A stretch of DNA of 64,000 bases from Coleofasciculus sp. B1-GNL1-01 (GTDB lineage: Bacteria; Cyanobacteriota; Cyanobacteriia; Cyanobacteriales; Coleofasciculaceae): NCBI GenBank assembly GCA_040220235.1, contig JAVJTO010000064.1. One strand, 5' to 3'. Both the position numbers and the translations under genes were made by a program. Below the pieces are notes generated by a model. The model had not been told where the DNA came from, did no database searches, and was given only the letters and a program-made list of their open reading frames with translations. Positions 21,880 to 33,312 of the stretch are shown here, piece after piece. Position 1 is the stretch's first letter. Each line of letters starts with the position of its first letter.

Positions 21880-24800
21880 ATGTCTTATCGTGATATTCGT
21901 CTTCTGCTTGAGAGTCTCTTCGCTAGGTTGAATGCGGCAAATGCTGTTCCCCATCCAGATGAGATTTGGGCAGACTACGATCAAGACATTCACCCCCTAC
22001 TGGAGCTTAACGGTATCACAGATGAGTTCACCGATCTGGGTAATGGGATTCAGCTTCCTAAAGCAATAGAAGCAGCACGACTATTACAGAATCTACGTCA
22101 ACGCTTTGATACAGATGGAAGAGCAAATCCAGTAGTAGGGCGTATTCGAGCCGCCGTTGTTGAGAAACAGCGTCCCACGCGAAATGTAGATAGAGCTACA
22201 ATTCAAGCTACAGGTGACGACATTGGCAACATTGTTAGATTAACTCCTGACTCATTTACCCACTTTTCCAGATTTCAGGTAGAAGGCTGGCAAAGGGTAT
22301 TGAATACGATTCATAACCGCGAGGGGATAGTTGTCGTTGCTCCAACAGGAAGCGGCAAAACAGAAGTATTCTTAATGCCCCTCATTTATGCGATCGCTCA
22401 ATCAATCCGTCAAAATCCTAAGCATCCCCATCGCTTTATTACCCTTTATCCGCGAGTTGCTCTGCTTAAGGATCAGTTGGCTCGCATTTTCCGTTATGTT
22501 CACCGTGCCGAGCAAGAATTTCTAACAACAGGACAACTGTCTCTATTGAGTAGTCAAACCATTGAGCAGGGAATTATTATTGGTTTCCAATTTGGTGGAA
22601 TTTGCGCTGAGGCTAAAGACACTCTGGATAATCGGGATATCTTTGAGGAAGACGGTACATTCAAAATAGTCGATCAATGTCCAATTTGTCATCAAGGTCA
22701 ACTTAAAGTTGACCGGGATCGCAGGAGTAGTCGTTACCATTCGAGAAATGTACCCAGTGGCGTTACTTTACTTTATTGTGATAACCCGACTTGTGGAAAT
22801 GGTTCTGAGTTTTGCGTATCCCTTGCCAAAAATGATCATGCAAGAACTTGTCCTCATATTTTAGTCACGACTGCCGAATCGTTAGATCGCCTTTATCTTA
22901 ATCCAAAACCGAATTTTGAAAATTATCTACGACAGCTAACAGGTGTTATTTTTGATGAAGTCCATTTAATAACCGTGCCATTGTTTTTTCTGATTCCCTC
23001 GATATGGCGGGAAGATTAACAGCACAGATTCAGGATGCAGAGGAAAATAAACGTCTCTGGGAATTTCGCACTATTTCTGATGCTATTCGTTTCCGAAATA
23101 TAACCTGTCCGGGGACTCCTCCTCGTGAATGTCCCATTTATTTAGCGGGTGAATGCTGGCGAGGTATTCTTGGAAATCAGGAATGTTTTCAGTTAATCGA
23201 TGCTTTACGGGAAGTTCCTCTAAGAATTGTATCCGTATCCTCGAAACAGCAGAATGATTATCGAGATGGAGATATCATTGTTGCCACACCTACTCTTGAA
23301 GTCGGTGTTGATGATCCGCAGATAAAATCAACAATTCACTACTTACCCCCTCGCACAGTTTTTTCATTCATCCAAAAGAGAGGAAGAGCCGGACGAGGAT
23401 CGGGAGAAATTGCCTATACGTTAATGATATTGGATACAACTCCATCCTCTCAGTTTTACTTTTTCCGGCGTAACCGTTTGATTAATGGCAGTTATGAGTT
23501 ACCTCTAAATCCACAGAATCAGGTTGTGCGCGGAATGCACAATCTTATTCAGCGAGAGCGAGAACGTATGGGTGAGTGTTTTCAGAACGCTCCTCGTAAT
23601 AATGCTATCCTTGGAATCTGGCGTTGGGTCTGGGAAACTTTGCATCAATGCCATATCCTTCGACACTATTATGATCGACAGTTAGCCGAACTTAACAGTT
23701 CTCCCCGTTCTGCTCAAGATCAAGCTCGTGTTAGACATATTCTTCGAGATTGGATTCAAAGAGAGAAGGAATTATTGGGTAATTATTTAAGTTTAGAACA
23801 ATTACTAGAGCAAATTCAGGAAGAATCTCCCCAGGAATTACATGATACTGTGCAGGACGTTATTAATGCTGTCAATAGTTTTCTGTCTCACCAAGGTGTG
23901 AGTGCTGATGATGTACGCCGACAATTAGGCAGACTTGACAGTGAGTTAGGTCAGTTATATTACTCGGATGAAGCAAATCAAGAACTTCTTGAACAAATTA
24001 CTGGAATTCAAAGAACAGTTAGAGATACTTGGCAGTCTCTACGCCGACAACAGGCTTGGCAAATTGAATTACATCACGTTGAATGCCTGTATGATTTCTT
24101 CCGCGCCTTAGAGAGACTATGTGAACCCAGGATTCTAAATACGGCTCCCGATGTTTTGAAGATTGTGCTTCAAGCCATGTTTTATTTACATCTAGGGCTA
24201 AATGAATCAGATACGCCAGAAGGACATCAGTCTCAAATCGAGGAGTACAGCTATTACATACCCGATGCCTATTTTCAGACTGTCAAACCTATTATCATAG
24301 AAGCTCGGTATCTATTGGGTTCAAGATATAATTTTGATTTATATCAAGAAAATCTAACTGAATTATCAACAACCTTTATACCCTATAAAACAGTATATCG
24401 CTATCGCCCTAATCCTGACTCACAGCCTAATCCTAATATTTCCTATTTAACTGTACTCAGCCTTGAACATAGACCTGATTGGGTGAGTGATGATCGAGAA
24501 ACTGTGACTATTCGTCTGCGTTCTGAAGGCGTAACACGAGGCGGAATACAATTTCCCAAAAAAGTTCATGTTAAATTTCTAGAAAGTGATTCCCAAGGTC
24601 AGCAAATCGTGGCCTTTTGTCCTCGGTGCTACGCGATCCATAATATCCGGCACAATCGTTGTAATTGCTATGAAGAATTACAACGAGTCAAGCTTTATGC
24701 TCAACCTATAGTTGAACGAAGTTATGAAGCTTTAGTTGAACCACGCCCAATTACACGAAGCTTGAGTATTATCGATCAAATGAGAGGTAGTACTATTGTC

Positions 24801-25709
24801 AGAGGCTCTTCCGTCGAAGCTCGACGAGTATTTTGGGATGCTGAAGTTCGTTATTACAGATACATCGCTAATGTTCACCCATACAGTTTTGACGCGCTAT
24901 ATAACACACCTGTTCAATATGGCATTCCTACCAAAGGGATTACCTGGAATTTAGCTAGCGTTGTCGAACAGATATTACCGGATAATAATTTGCGTCAACA
25001 AGTCGAACAAGTTGTTATTGACGGAACCCATAAGGAATTAAATGAGGGGCTAGTATTACATACAGCCTCTCACCTATTGCATAGAGCGATCGCGGCTATC
25101 AGTGGTGTTAATGAGCAAGAACTTGAATACTCCTATAATGAAGCTACTCCAGATAATCCTCCAGAAGTCGTGGTTTGGGAACGCTACGAAGGTGGCGCCG
25201 GGGTTTCAGAAGTCTTTGAAAATACTTTGCGGACTAACCCTGTAGCCGTTTATCAGGAACTCTTAGGTTCTATTCTTTGCCCGATAGATTTAGCGGAAAG
25301 TTCCACCTGGACATCGGTTGAACAATTACGTGCTGAACTTGCTCAACGTTGGTGTTTACCCGAAGACAATGAACTAATCATTAGAGTTGTAGAGGAAGCT
25401 GAGGCAGAACGTCAAGTTCAAATTCAACAACAAGAACAAGGGGAAGAAGAGCGAATGATGTGCCAACCGCCTCAAGGACACGATGGTTGTCCCGCCTGCA
25501 TTCACACAACTTACTGTACAGAACGCGATAACCAAAACTTGAGTGTTAGCCGTATGGTTGGTGAAGCTATCCTGCGCTGTTTCGTACAACAGGTAAGCAG
25601 GGAAGAGCAAGAAGCTTTGATCAATCAAGCGATTATGCAGGGCTTCCAGCAACCACAAATCCTTGGTGCCGATCTCGCACAGGGATTATATGATGTACTA
25701 ATTTTATAA
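21880..25709 (+). pseudogene. DEAD/DEAH helicase with C-terminal DUF1998 (DpdJ/DrmAB-like); split by frameshift and apparent deletion
   Basis: FQ..GW Q-motif, APTGSGKTE, YPRVALLKDQ and DEVH in 21880..23019; ATPTLEVGVDD, QKRGRAGR, HTASHLL, ERYEGGAG and C..GCPAC in 23004..25709; motif III (SAT) is absent. Confidence 0.75.
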
Positions 25710-25758
25710 GTCTGTATTCGCACTTAGCTACTAATAATTAGTTAAACGGGAGAATAAT

Positions 25759-26847
25759 ATGGTTTCACTGGAAGAAATTATAGACAATAAAATTGGTGAA
25801 GTTCGTACTGAAGCTCTTGATTTCAGTTTTGGTGAAATCGTTAATTTGCATTCTGATGGAGAGCTGATAATTCAGCCAGAATATCAACGTCTTTTTCGAT
25901 GGTCTGACGAGCAAAGATCTCGCCTCATAGAATCTATTATTTTAGAACTTCCCATTCCTCAAATTTTTGTTATAGAAAGGGAAAACGCTGTTTTCGAGCT
26001 AATTGATGGTTTACAACGAGTAAGTTCAGTTATTCAATTTATAAACCCTGACGTTTTAAATTTAGAGCCTCTTACTCTTCAAGGATGTGATTTGGTCAAA
26101 GAACTTAATGAAAAGAAATTTGAGGACTTATCGTTAAGGCTTAGACTTACAATAAAACGCTCATCTGTGAGAACAGTAGTTATCAAGCGTCAAAGTAAGT
26201 CAATGTTACGATATGCAATGTTTAAACGCTTAAATACAGGTGGAGAGATTCTAGATCCTCAAGAAATTCGTAACTGTTCTGCTCGAATGGTAGGTGAGGA
26301 TGGTATTCGTTTTTATTCTTTCATTCAAGAAAAAGCATCTCATTCTGCTTTTACAAATTGTATAGAAACATTGGCACAAGTAGAGAAAGAAAAAAAAGGA
26401 GATGAAGAATTAGTTCTGAGATTTCTAGCTACTAAAAATGCAAGAAATTTATTTAAAGGAAGTGTACAAGATTGGCTAGATAATTATATGGAAAAAATTC
26501 TACTTGATCAAATATATTTTGACTATAAAAAAGAAGACGATGATTTTAATAAATTATTTAATTTTTTAAGCAATACTCTTGGGGAAGGGGCATTTGTGAA
26601 ATATAGAGGAGATAAACCTATTGGTGGTCTTGCACCTGCTTACTATGAAGCCATTACTGTAGGTACTCTTAATGCGCTAGATCAAATTCGTAATATTCCA
26701 AGCGAGCTAGTTAAACAAAAGATAATAGATACAGTTCAGACTGAAGAATTCAGAAATAATACAGGTTCAGGAGCTAATAAACTGTTTAAGTTAGAAGGAA
26801 GAATTAAAGTTATTCAAGATGCCCTTTTAGAATTGATAAATGAGTAA
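25759..26847 (+). CDS. DUF262 (GmrS/ParB-like) domain protein
   Basis: IQPEYQRLFRW, LIESI, IDGLQR, FKRLNTGG. Confidence 0.88.
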   Translation: MVSLEEIIDNKIGEVRTEALDFSFGEIVNLHSDGELIIQPEYQRLFRWSDEQRSRLIESIILELPIPQIFVIERENAVFELIDGLQRVSSVIQFINPDVLNLEPLTLQGCDLVKELNEKKFEDLSLRLRLTIKRSSVRTVVIKRQSKSMLRYAMFKRLNTGGEILDPQEIRNCSARMVGEDGIRFYSFIQEKASHSAFTNCIETLAQVEKEKKGDEELVLRFLATKNARNLFKGSVQDWLDNYMEKILLDQIYFDYKKEDDDFNKLFNFLSNTLGEGAFVKYRGDKPIGGLAPAYYEAITVGTLNALDQIRNIPSELVKQKIIDTVQTEEFRNNTGSGANKLFKLEGRIKVIQDALLELINE

Positions 26848-27472
26848 TTGGTTAAAGCAACTAGAAGAGGATCTAGATTGGAGACTGACAGAACTTGCAA
26901 TTTTGAAAAAACAAGCAGTTCTGGCTTCCAAAGATTCTGATAGATACAGAGCGCTTCTTCGCGCCCTATGGGCAATGCTTTATGCCCATTATGAAGGATT
27001 TTGTAAGTTTGCATGGGATTTATATCTAGACGAACTGCAAAAAGCGGGTGTCAAAAGGAAAAACTGTAAAGATGAAATAGCTAAACTGTCACTGCAAAAG
27101 CAATTTAAGAGATTGAAAGGAGACTTGTCTCCAGAAAGTATCTGGAATTTTGGTCAGACAGGTTTTAGAACAATGCTAGAAGACAATCTGGATTTTCAAG
27201 TAAAACTAGAAACAAAATCAAATCTCTATCCTCAATTATTTAAAGAAAATTCCCTTAAAGTATGTCTTAGTTGTACTTTAGTAGACCAGTATGAAATTGA
27301 GCTTAAAGGGTTGGTTAGGAGAAGAAATGAAATTGCTCATGGTCAAAAAATGATCATAAAAGATCTGAACGAATACAAAAAGTATGAAGATGCTGCCATA
27401 GAGGTAATGCACGAGTTAGCCATAGCAATTGTTGATTGCCTGGATCAACGGCTTTACTTGAAAAATCCGTAA
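26840..27472 (+). CDS. HEPN-domain nuclease (MAE_28990/RiboL-PSP-like)
   Basis: LYAHYEG and RRNEIAHG (Rx4H); overlaps DUF262 by 8 bp. Confidence 0.85.
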   Translation: MSNWLKQLEEDLDWRLTELAILKKQAVLASKDSDRYRALLRALWAMLYAHYEGFCKFAWDLYLDELQKAGVKRKNCKDEIAKLSLQKQFKRLKGDLSPESIWNFGQTGFRTMLEDNLDFQVKLETKSNLYPQLFKENSLKVCLSCTLVDQYEIELKGLVRRRNEIAHGQKMIIKDLNEYKKYEDAAIEVMHELAIAIVDCLDQRLYLKNP

Positions 27473-27551
27473 TCAAGGTTTAATTATTTAGATATCAAAT
27501 CTTTAAGGGCGCACCTCTGTGCGCCCCTAACCATCCTGTTGATAATACTCA

Positions 27552-27761
27552 CTATTTTTTCCCCAGATCAGGGATAACCAACATAAAAAGAATACCGAAA
27601 ACAATAATCGCCAGAGCTTGCTCTGTGGTCAGTAGATTTGGTCTGACTAGATACAAGACAGCAAAGCCAAGCAACGCAATCGTCAGATTCCGAGACAGCA
27701 GTCCTGGCGCTACTAAAGTTGCAATGATGCAAAATGCGATTATTGCAATGGCTACTTCCAT
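27552..27761 (-). CDS. Small hydrophobic membrane protein with internally repeated helices
   Basis: Three hydrophobic segments each ending in P-x-L; AGGA upstream of ATG. Confidence 0.55.
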   Translation of the reverse strand: MEVAIAIIAFCIIATLVAPGLLSRNLTIALLGFAVLYLVRPNLLTTEQALAIIVFGILFMLVIPDLGKK

Positions 27762-28208
27762 GGTTCCTGTTTCCTTGTTTCGGGTAATTACAGGGCGTTT
27801 AGCAAGGCGGAAAGCCTAACCGATCGCCTACTATCAATCAGCCGTTACCTTTAACCCGATTCCTCGTGGACAAGATTTGTCGGTTTCTGTCGGGCTGGCT
27901 TGTGTACGGGTTCCCCCTGTACGCTATCCGGCACTCGGTAACGTAACTCTAAACTATCTCAAAACCGCTCATAAGTCAGTAGTGAGTAACTGCTCATTTG
28001 GACTCTAGGCGATCGCACTCCCCGAAAAACCCCCTCTATCCCTTATCCCAATAAGGCTTTCCCTGACTCCGAGTCCGGGTAAACTTGTGTTAAAATATTA
28101 AAAGAAAGTGGCACATTTTAGCAACTATTTGGGTTAAACATGGCGGTTTAGCTCACTTTTTGCGCTTTTTTTGCCTAAATCCTGAATTTTTATGGAGTTT
28201 TTCGTTCT

Positions 28209-30800
28209 ATGAGTACCTCCCAAGAGCGGATTGTCCCGACAAATCTTCGCAGCGAAATGTCTAGGTCATACCTAGAATATGCCATGAGCGTCATCGTGGG
28301 TCGGGCGCTACCCGATGCGAGGGATGGACTCAAGCCAGTACATCGGCGGATTCTCTATGCGATGCATGAACTGGGACTCACGCCTGATCGCCCCTTCCGT
28401 AAATGCGCCCGTGTTGTGGGTGAAGTCTTGGGTAAATATCACCCCCACGGCGATACAGCGGTGTATGATGCCTTAGTTCGCATGGCACAGGATTTCTCCA
28501 TGCGATCGCCCCTCATTAACGGACATGGTAACTTTGGGTCGGTGGATAATGACCCCCCAGCGGCAATGCGTTACACAGAATGCCGCTTGCAATCCTTAGC
28601 CACAGACTCCCTACTCCGGGATATTGAGTCAGAAACCGTCGATTTCCTGGATAACTTCGATGGATCACAACAAGAACCGATCGTTCTCCCCGCCCGGGTT
28701 CCTCAGTTACTCCTGAATGGATCATCGGGTATTGCTGTGGGGATGGCAACCAATATCCCGCCCCATAATCTGGGGGAATTGGTAGATGGCTTAGTTGCCC
28801 TCATCCATAACCCAGAAATCACCGAGAAAGAATTGATGCGGTATATTCCCGCCCCAGACTTTCCCACTGGCGGTCAAATCCTGGGCAGATCCGGCATCAA
28901 AGACGCCTACACTACCGGGCGCGGTTCCATCACCATGCGGGGTGTGGCGCAAGTTGAAACCATTGAACACCGGGGACGCCCGGATAAAGAAGCGATTATT
29001 GTCACCGAATTGCCCTACCAAACCAATAAGGCGGCACTGATTGAAAAAATTGCCGAAATGGTGAATGATAAGCGCATTGAAGGCATTTCCGATATTCGCG
29101 ACGAAAGCGATCGCCGGGGAATGCGGGTGGTGATTGAACTGAAGCGTGATGCCTATCCCCGTGTCGTTCTTAACAATCTCTACAAACAAACTCCCCTACA
29201 AACGAATTTTGGTGCCAATATGTTGGCATTAGTTGGGAATGAACCCCAACTTTTGACAATCAAGCAGTTCCTTGAAGTCTTCCTGGATTTCCGTGTCGAA
29301 ACAATTACCCGACGCACTCAATACGAACTCCGCAAAGCGGAGGAACGGGATCATCTATTGCAAGGGTTACTCATTGCCCTGGATAACCTAGATGCGGTAA
29401 TTGCCGTCATTCGCGCTGCTAATGATACCGCCACTGCCAAGAGTCAATTAATCGAGCAATTTGGACTGTCCGAAGCCCAAGCTGATGCCATTTTGCAAAT
29501 GCAACTGCGACGGTTGACGGCATTAGAAGCCCAGAAAATTCAAGCGGAACACGAAGAGTTACAAGTTCGCATTGCCGATCTGCAAGACATTCTGGCAAAT
29601 CGACAGCGGATTCTGGAAATTATTGAAACCGAAGCCATCCAGATTAAAACCACCCACGATACACCGCGCCGCACGGTGATTCAAGAGGTGGAAGGGGAAC
29701 TGGATGATATTGACTTAATCGCCAATGAAAAAGCGGTGATTTTAGTCACCGAACAAGGGTATATCAAACGGATGCCGATTCACTCCTTTGCTGCCCAAGC
29801 CCGGGCAACACGGGGCAAAGCGGCTGCCCGGATGAAGGAAGATGACGGGGTTGAGCATTTCCTCACCTGCTGTGATCACGACAGCCTACTCTTTTTTAGC
29901 GATCGCGGTGTGGTTTATTCCCTACGCGCCTACCAAATCCCCGCCGCATCTCGTACTGCCAGAGGGGTTCCCATCGTGCAGATGCTACCGATTCCCCACG
30001 ATGAAAAAATTACCTCGGTTGTACCTGTTTCCGAGTTCACCGATGATGTCTATTTGGTGATGTTAACTCGTAAAGGGTATATCAAAAAAACGGCGTTGGA
30101 TGCCTTTAGTAATATCCGGGCAAATGGTTTAATTGCCATTTCTCTGGGTGAAGGCGATCAACTGCGCTGGGTGCGTCTATGCCGAGCCGAAGATAGTATT
30201 ATCGTGGGTTCCAGTCAGGGCATGGCAATTCATTTTAAAGCCGATCACGATCAACTGCGTCCCCTAGGTCGGGCGACACGAGGGGTGAAGGCGATGAAAC
30301 TGCGCTCCAAGGATGAGTTGATCAGTATGGATATTCTCCCGGCTCAAGTTGTCGAGAGGCTGGTGGCTACAGCTAACAGTGAAGAGGTGGAAACGGAAGA
30401 GGATATCAGTGATGAAGTGAATGGGGAAGAAATCAATGAAACCCCAGGCGAAGGACCCTGGGTTTTGGTAGTTACCACAGGCGGTTTAGGTAAGCGAGTG
30501 CCAGTGTCTCAATTCCGGCTGCAAAATCGGGCAGGAATGGGATTAGTGGCAATTAAGTTCCGCCATAAGAAAGATAAACTCGCTGCATTGCGGGTGGTGA
30601 ATGAAGGAGATGAGTTGATGATGGTAACCATGCGAGGAATTATCATTCGCCAAGCCTTAAATGCCATTTCCCCCCAATCCCGAATGGCGACAGGGATACG
30701 AGTTCAGCGCTTAGATGAAGAGGATGCGATCGCAGCGGTGGCGTTAGTTCCTTTATCGGGTTCTGAGGAAGAAGCTGAAGCCCTGGATGAAGCGTTGTAA
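28209..30800 (+). CDS. gyrA: DNA gyrase subunit A
   Basis: YHPHGD, AAMRYTE, GyrA-box-like QARATRG, pinwheel repeats, acidic tail. Confidence 0.97.
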   Translation: MSTSQERIVPTNLRSEMSRSYLEYAMSVIVGRALPDARDGLKPVHRRILYAMHELGLTPDRPFRKCARVVGEVLGKYHPHGDTAVYDALVRMAQDFSMRSPLINGHGNFGSVDNDPPAAMRYTECRLQSLATDSLLRDIESETVDFLDNFDGSQQEPIVLPARVPQLLLNGSSGIAVGMATNIPPHNLGELVDGLVALIHNPEITEKELMRYIPAPDFPTGGQILGRSGIKDAYTTGRGSITMRGVAQVETIEHRGRPDKEAIIVTELPYQTNKAALIEKIAEMVNDKRIEGISDIRDESDRRGMRVVIELKRDAYPRVVLNNLYKQTPLQTNFGANMLALVGNEPQLLTIKQFLEVFLDFRVETITRRTQYELRKAEERDHLLQGLLIALDNLDAVIAVIRAANDTATAKSQLIEQFGLSEAQADAILQMQLRRLTALEAQKIQAEHEELQVRIADLQDILANRQRILEIIETEAIQIKTTHDTPRRTVIQEVEGELDDIDLIANEKAVILVTEQGYIKRMPIHSFAAQARATRGKAAARMKEDDGVEHFLTCCDHDSLLFFSDRGVVYSLRAYQIPAASRTARGVPIVQMLPIPHDEKITSVVPVSEFTDDVYLVMLTRKGYIKKTALDAFSNIRANGLIAISLGEGDQLRWVRLCRAEDSIIVGSSQGMAIHFKADHDQLRPLGRATRGVKAMKLRSKDELISMDILPAQVVERLVATANSEEVETEEDISDEVNGEEINETPGEGPWVLVVTTGGLGKRVPVSQFRLQNRAGMGLVAIKFRHKKDKLAALRVVNEGDELMMVTMRGIIIRQALNAISPQSRMATGIRVQRLDEEDAIAAVALVPLSGSEEEAEALDEAL

Positions 30801-30809
30801 TGTCTAATT

Positions 30810-31140
30810 AGGGAACAGGGAACGGGGAACAGGAAACAGTTTTCATCTGACTTTCATCCTAACGTTTAGATCCCCCTAAATCCCCCTTTTTAAGGGGGAC
30901 TTTGATTAATTTCTGAATGTATTTGATGTCCCAATTACCCTGGCGACTGCTGAATTAAGGCAGTTGTCAGTTAGCGGTGAGATAGGGCGGGTTTTGTTGT
31001 TCAGTTATTTCTGAATGGCTGATTGTATCTCCTAAACCCGCCCCTACAATTCTAAAAAAATAAGTCTCAGTAGGGTGGGTTAGGCGGTCATACCATCTCA
31101 CAATCAACCCTTTAATTTGATATCCGCCGTAACCCACCAA
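30810..31140. repeat. Cluster of dispersed repeats (GGGAACA heptamers, CCCCCTAAATCCCCC/GGGGGAC palindrome, two REPIN-like hairpins)
   Basis: Seen directly between convergent genes; 30984-31050 matches the element at 280-346. Confidence 0.7.
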
Positions 31141-31277
31141 TCACAAAGCTTGAGTAAATATCAACCGATAACAAATATACTATTTTGCTAATGGATGTGG
31201 TTAATAACTTACATGAATCAAGCTTATATTATGCCATTGGTGCATTGCGCTACCCTTTGGAAACGATGCGCGAACGC

Positions 31278-33128
31278 TTACACACAAACCCGCTCTGGAG
31301 CAATAACCACCTGAATATACTTCTCACAACACCGTTGAGATAACTCCTGGATTTGCTCATCTCGGTTCTTCCCCTGTTTTAAGTTATCCAACAAGCCTTG
31401 AAAGCCGAGAAAAGCCAGCTCATACATAAGTTGCTGACTCAAGTTGCCATAAAAGAAACCGCCATGGGTATTAATTTCCCCTTTGACAAAATAAGCAATA
31501 CTCAACCGCAAGTAATCAAACACCACTAATGCCGATTTTTTCAAAGACTGGCTAACCACACCTGTTGCTATATTAGGTTCTGAGTCAGTAAAATCACAAT
31601 AATCCGTGCAATCAAAATAGGTAAACCGATCCGCAACTCGCACGTCTTGTAAATTGATAGTTGAGACATCAGAACCCTTCACAATTTCCTTGTCAACCTG
31701 ACCCACTGGAACCAGTTCATCGAGTTGTTGATGTTCCCGATTAGACGCCCGAATTTCTAGACAACAATACGGCGATTCAATTTGACCATTTTTATTGTTC
31801 ACAATGCCGTAATCCTTCTCAGTCAGACGTTGATTGCGATAGTCATATTCATCAGCAAATCGTTGCACTGTTAAATTTCCCAATCGGTAACCGCGAAAAC
31901 GAGTTCTGGCGGGAAAACTGATGTAATTCACTGCCGTTGATGCCAGTCGCAGGGCTAAATCGCCTTCATTACTAAACAAATATGCCTCTTCGCAACGACG
32001 TAACGCCGATCGCAAGAAGTTTGAACGAACAGGCATAATCGAGTCAATGGAGATATCGGGAGCTACCAGAATTAATCGACCCAAACTAAAAACGCGACCA
32101 ATATAGTTAGAGGGTTGTTTGTTAATAGATTCTGTATCGAAGACATCGGAAAGAATTCGCACCACATTGGTTACCACAAAACAGCCCATACTGTGACCCA
32201 AAAAATTCAACTTGATTCGGATATCTTCGCTTTGTCGGCATTCGATTACAGCTTGGTCAATTTGCCGGATTAATTCCACTAAATCCACAACACCATAGTT
32301 CATCGCCCGGTTGCGATCGCGTAGATACGTCGATAGCCTGAGTGCTAGTAACGCCAGGATTATTCCCACTGACAGGATAAATAGGATTAACAGAATGACG
32401 AATAACCCATTAACTATCCCATTAAGTTGCAAAGGTAGAAAAATTCCCAGTCCACCGATGAGTAATCCACCTAAGAGAATGTAAATCGGTAACCGAGGCA
32501 GTAAATCCTGTAAATCGGTTTTCTTCAAAATAGCTTTAGTACCAAAAAAGGAAACGATGGCAACTAAAGCTAAGGTGATGAATTGAGCCGTCGCGTGACC
32601 AACTAAAAAAGGTCTAGCAATGATTAAAAAAGCCGTAATGACTCCCAGAATTAGCCCAAAGCTTAAGACAATAGTTAGAAGTGTTGGCAGTGACTGGAAG
32701 GCATAATTTAACTTGTCACCAATAGTCGTCGGTTTATTACTAGGGGGTTGGGGATCATCTTTCGTTGGGTTCTCGGCGGGCCAACGGTATCCAATAAAAA
32801 CAGTCTCGTTCGGTTTTTCCGGTTCGCAATTCTCTGTAACATACTTGTAAATTTTCCGGTATCGTTTTTGCGCCTCAGAGCGTCGTGTTCCATAGCCATG
32901 AACCGAAATTACGATTTGCGGATTTTCGCTGTTGACAAGATAGTCAGCAATTTCTCGGAGTCGCTGTTGGGTTAAGGGATTTTCCTTCTGATTAACTTTT
33001 TGAACCAGATCTTCAGCATTAATCGGTGCTGTACTATTGACGTAGTACCCCCAAACGGCTTTCTCTTGGCTAAATTCTTCGATGGGGACAATTTCAAATT
33101 CGGAAATTTTCGACGGGATTGATGTCAT
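31278..33128 (-). CDS. Alpha/beta hydrolase (DUF900-like) with inserted transmembrane helices
   Basis: VHGY, YRWP, GHSMG nucleophile elbow, LVAPDI, D.AL; hydrophobic block of about four TM segments. Confidence 0.75.
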   Translation of the reverse strand: MTSIPSKISEFEIVPIEEFSQEKAVWGYYVNSTAPINAEDLVQKVNQKENPLTQQRLREIADYLVNSENPQIVISVHGYGTRRSEAQKRYRKIYKYVTENCEPEKPNETVFIGYRWPAENPTKDDPQPPSNKPTTIGDKLNYAFQSLPTLLTIVLSFGLILGVITAFLIIARPFLVGHATAQFITLALVAIVSFFGTKAILKKTDLQDLLPRLPIYILLGGLLIGGLGIFLPLQLNGIVNGLFVILLILFILSVGIILALLALRLSTYLRDRNRAMNYGVVDLVELIRQIDQAVIECRQSEDIRIKLNFLGHSMGCFVVTNVVRILSDVFDTESINKQPSNYIGRVFSLGRLILVAPDISIDSIMPVRSNFLRSALRRCEEAYLFSNEGDLALRLASTAVNYISFPARTRFRGYRLGNLTVQRFADEYDYRNQRLTEKDYGIVNNKNGQIESPYCCLEIRASNREHQQLDELVPVGQVDKEIVKGSDVSTINLQDVRVADRFTYFDCTDYCDFTDSEPNIATGVVSQSLKKSALVVFDYLRLSIAYFVKGEINTHGGFFYGNLSQQLMYELAFLGFQGLLDNLKQGKNRDEQIQELSQRCCEKYIQVVIAPERVCV

Positions 33129-33312
33129 CGGTTACCAATTTTACAGACAAATAATGTTTAAGAGCTTCAGTTTAATCGAATTGGTGCTTTTTTCAAGTCA
33201 TTGTTATTAAAATCAATAATTTTTATAGAATTTTAATCATTCTTGTTCCCAGACGTTCCACCGGAAGGTTTATACCTCTCCTTGTCATGTTGGGGATGAG
33301 GTGGGTTTCCCT

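Noticed and set aside
22960..23019. Programmed ribosomal frameshift joining the helicase halves
   Set aside because: No clear slippery site, and motif III would still be missing after joining
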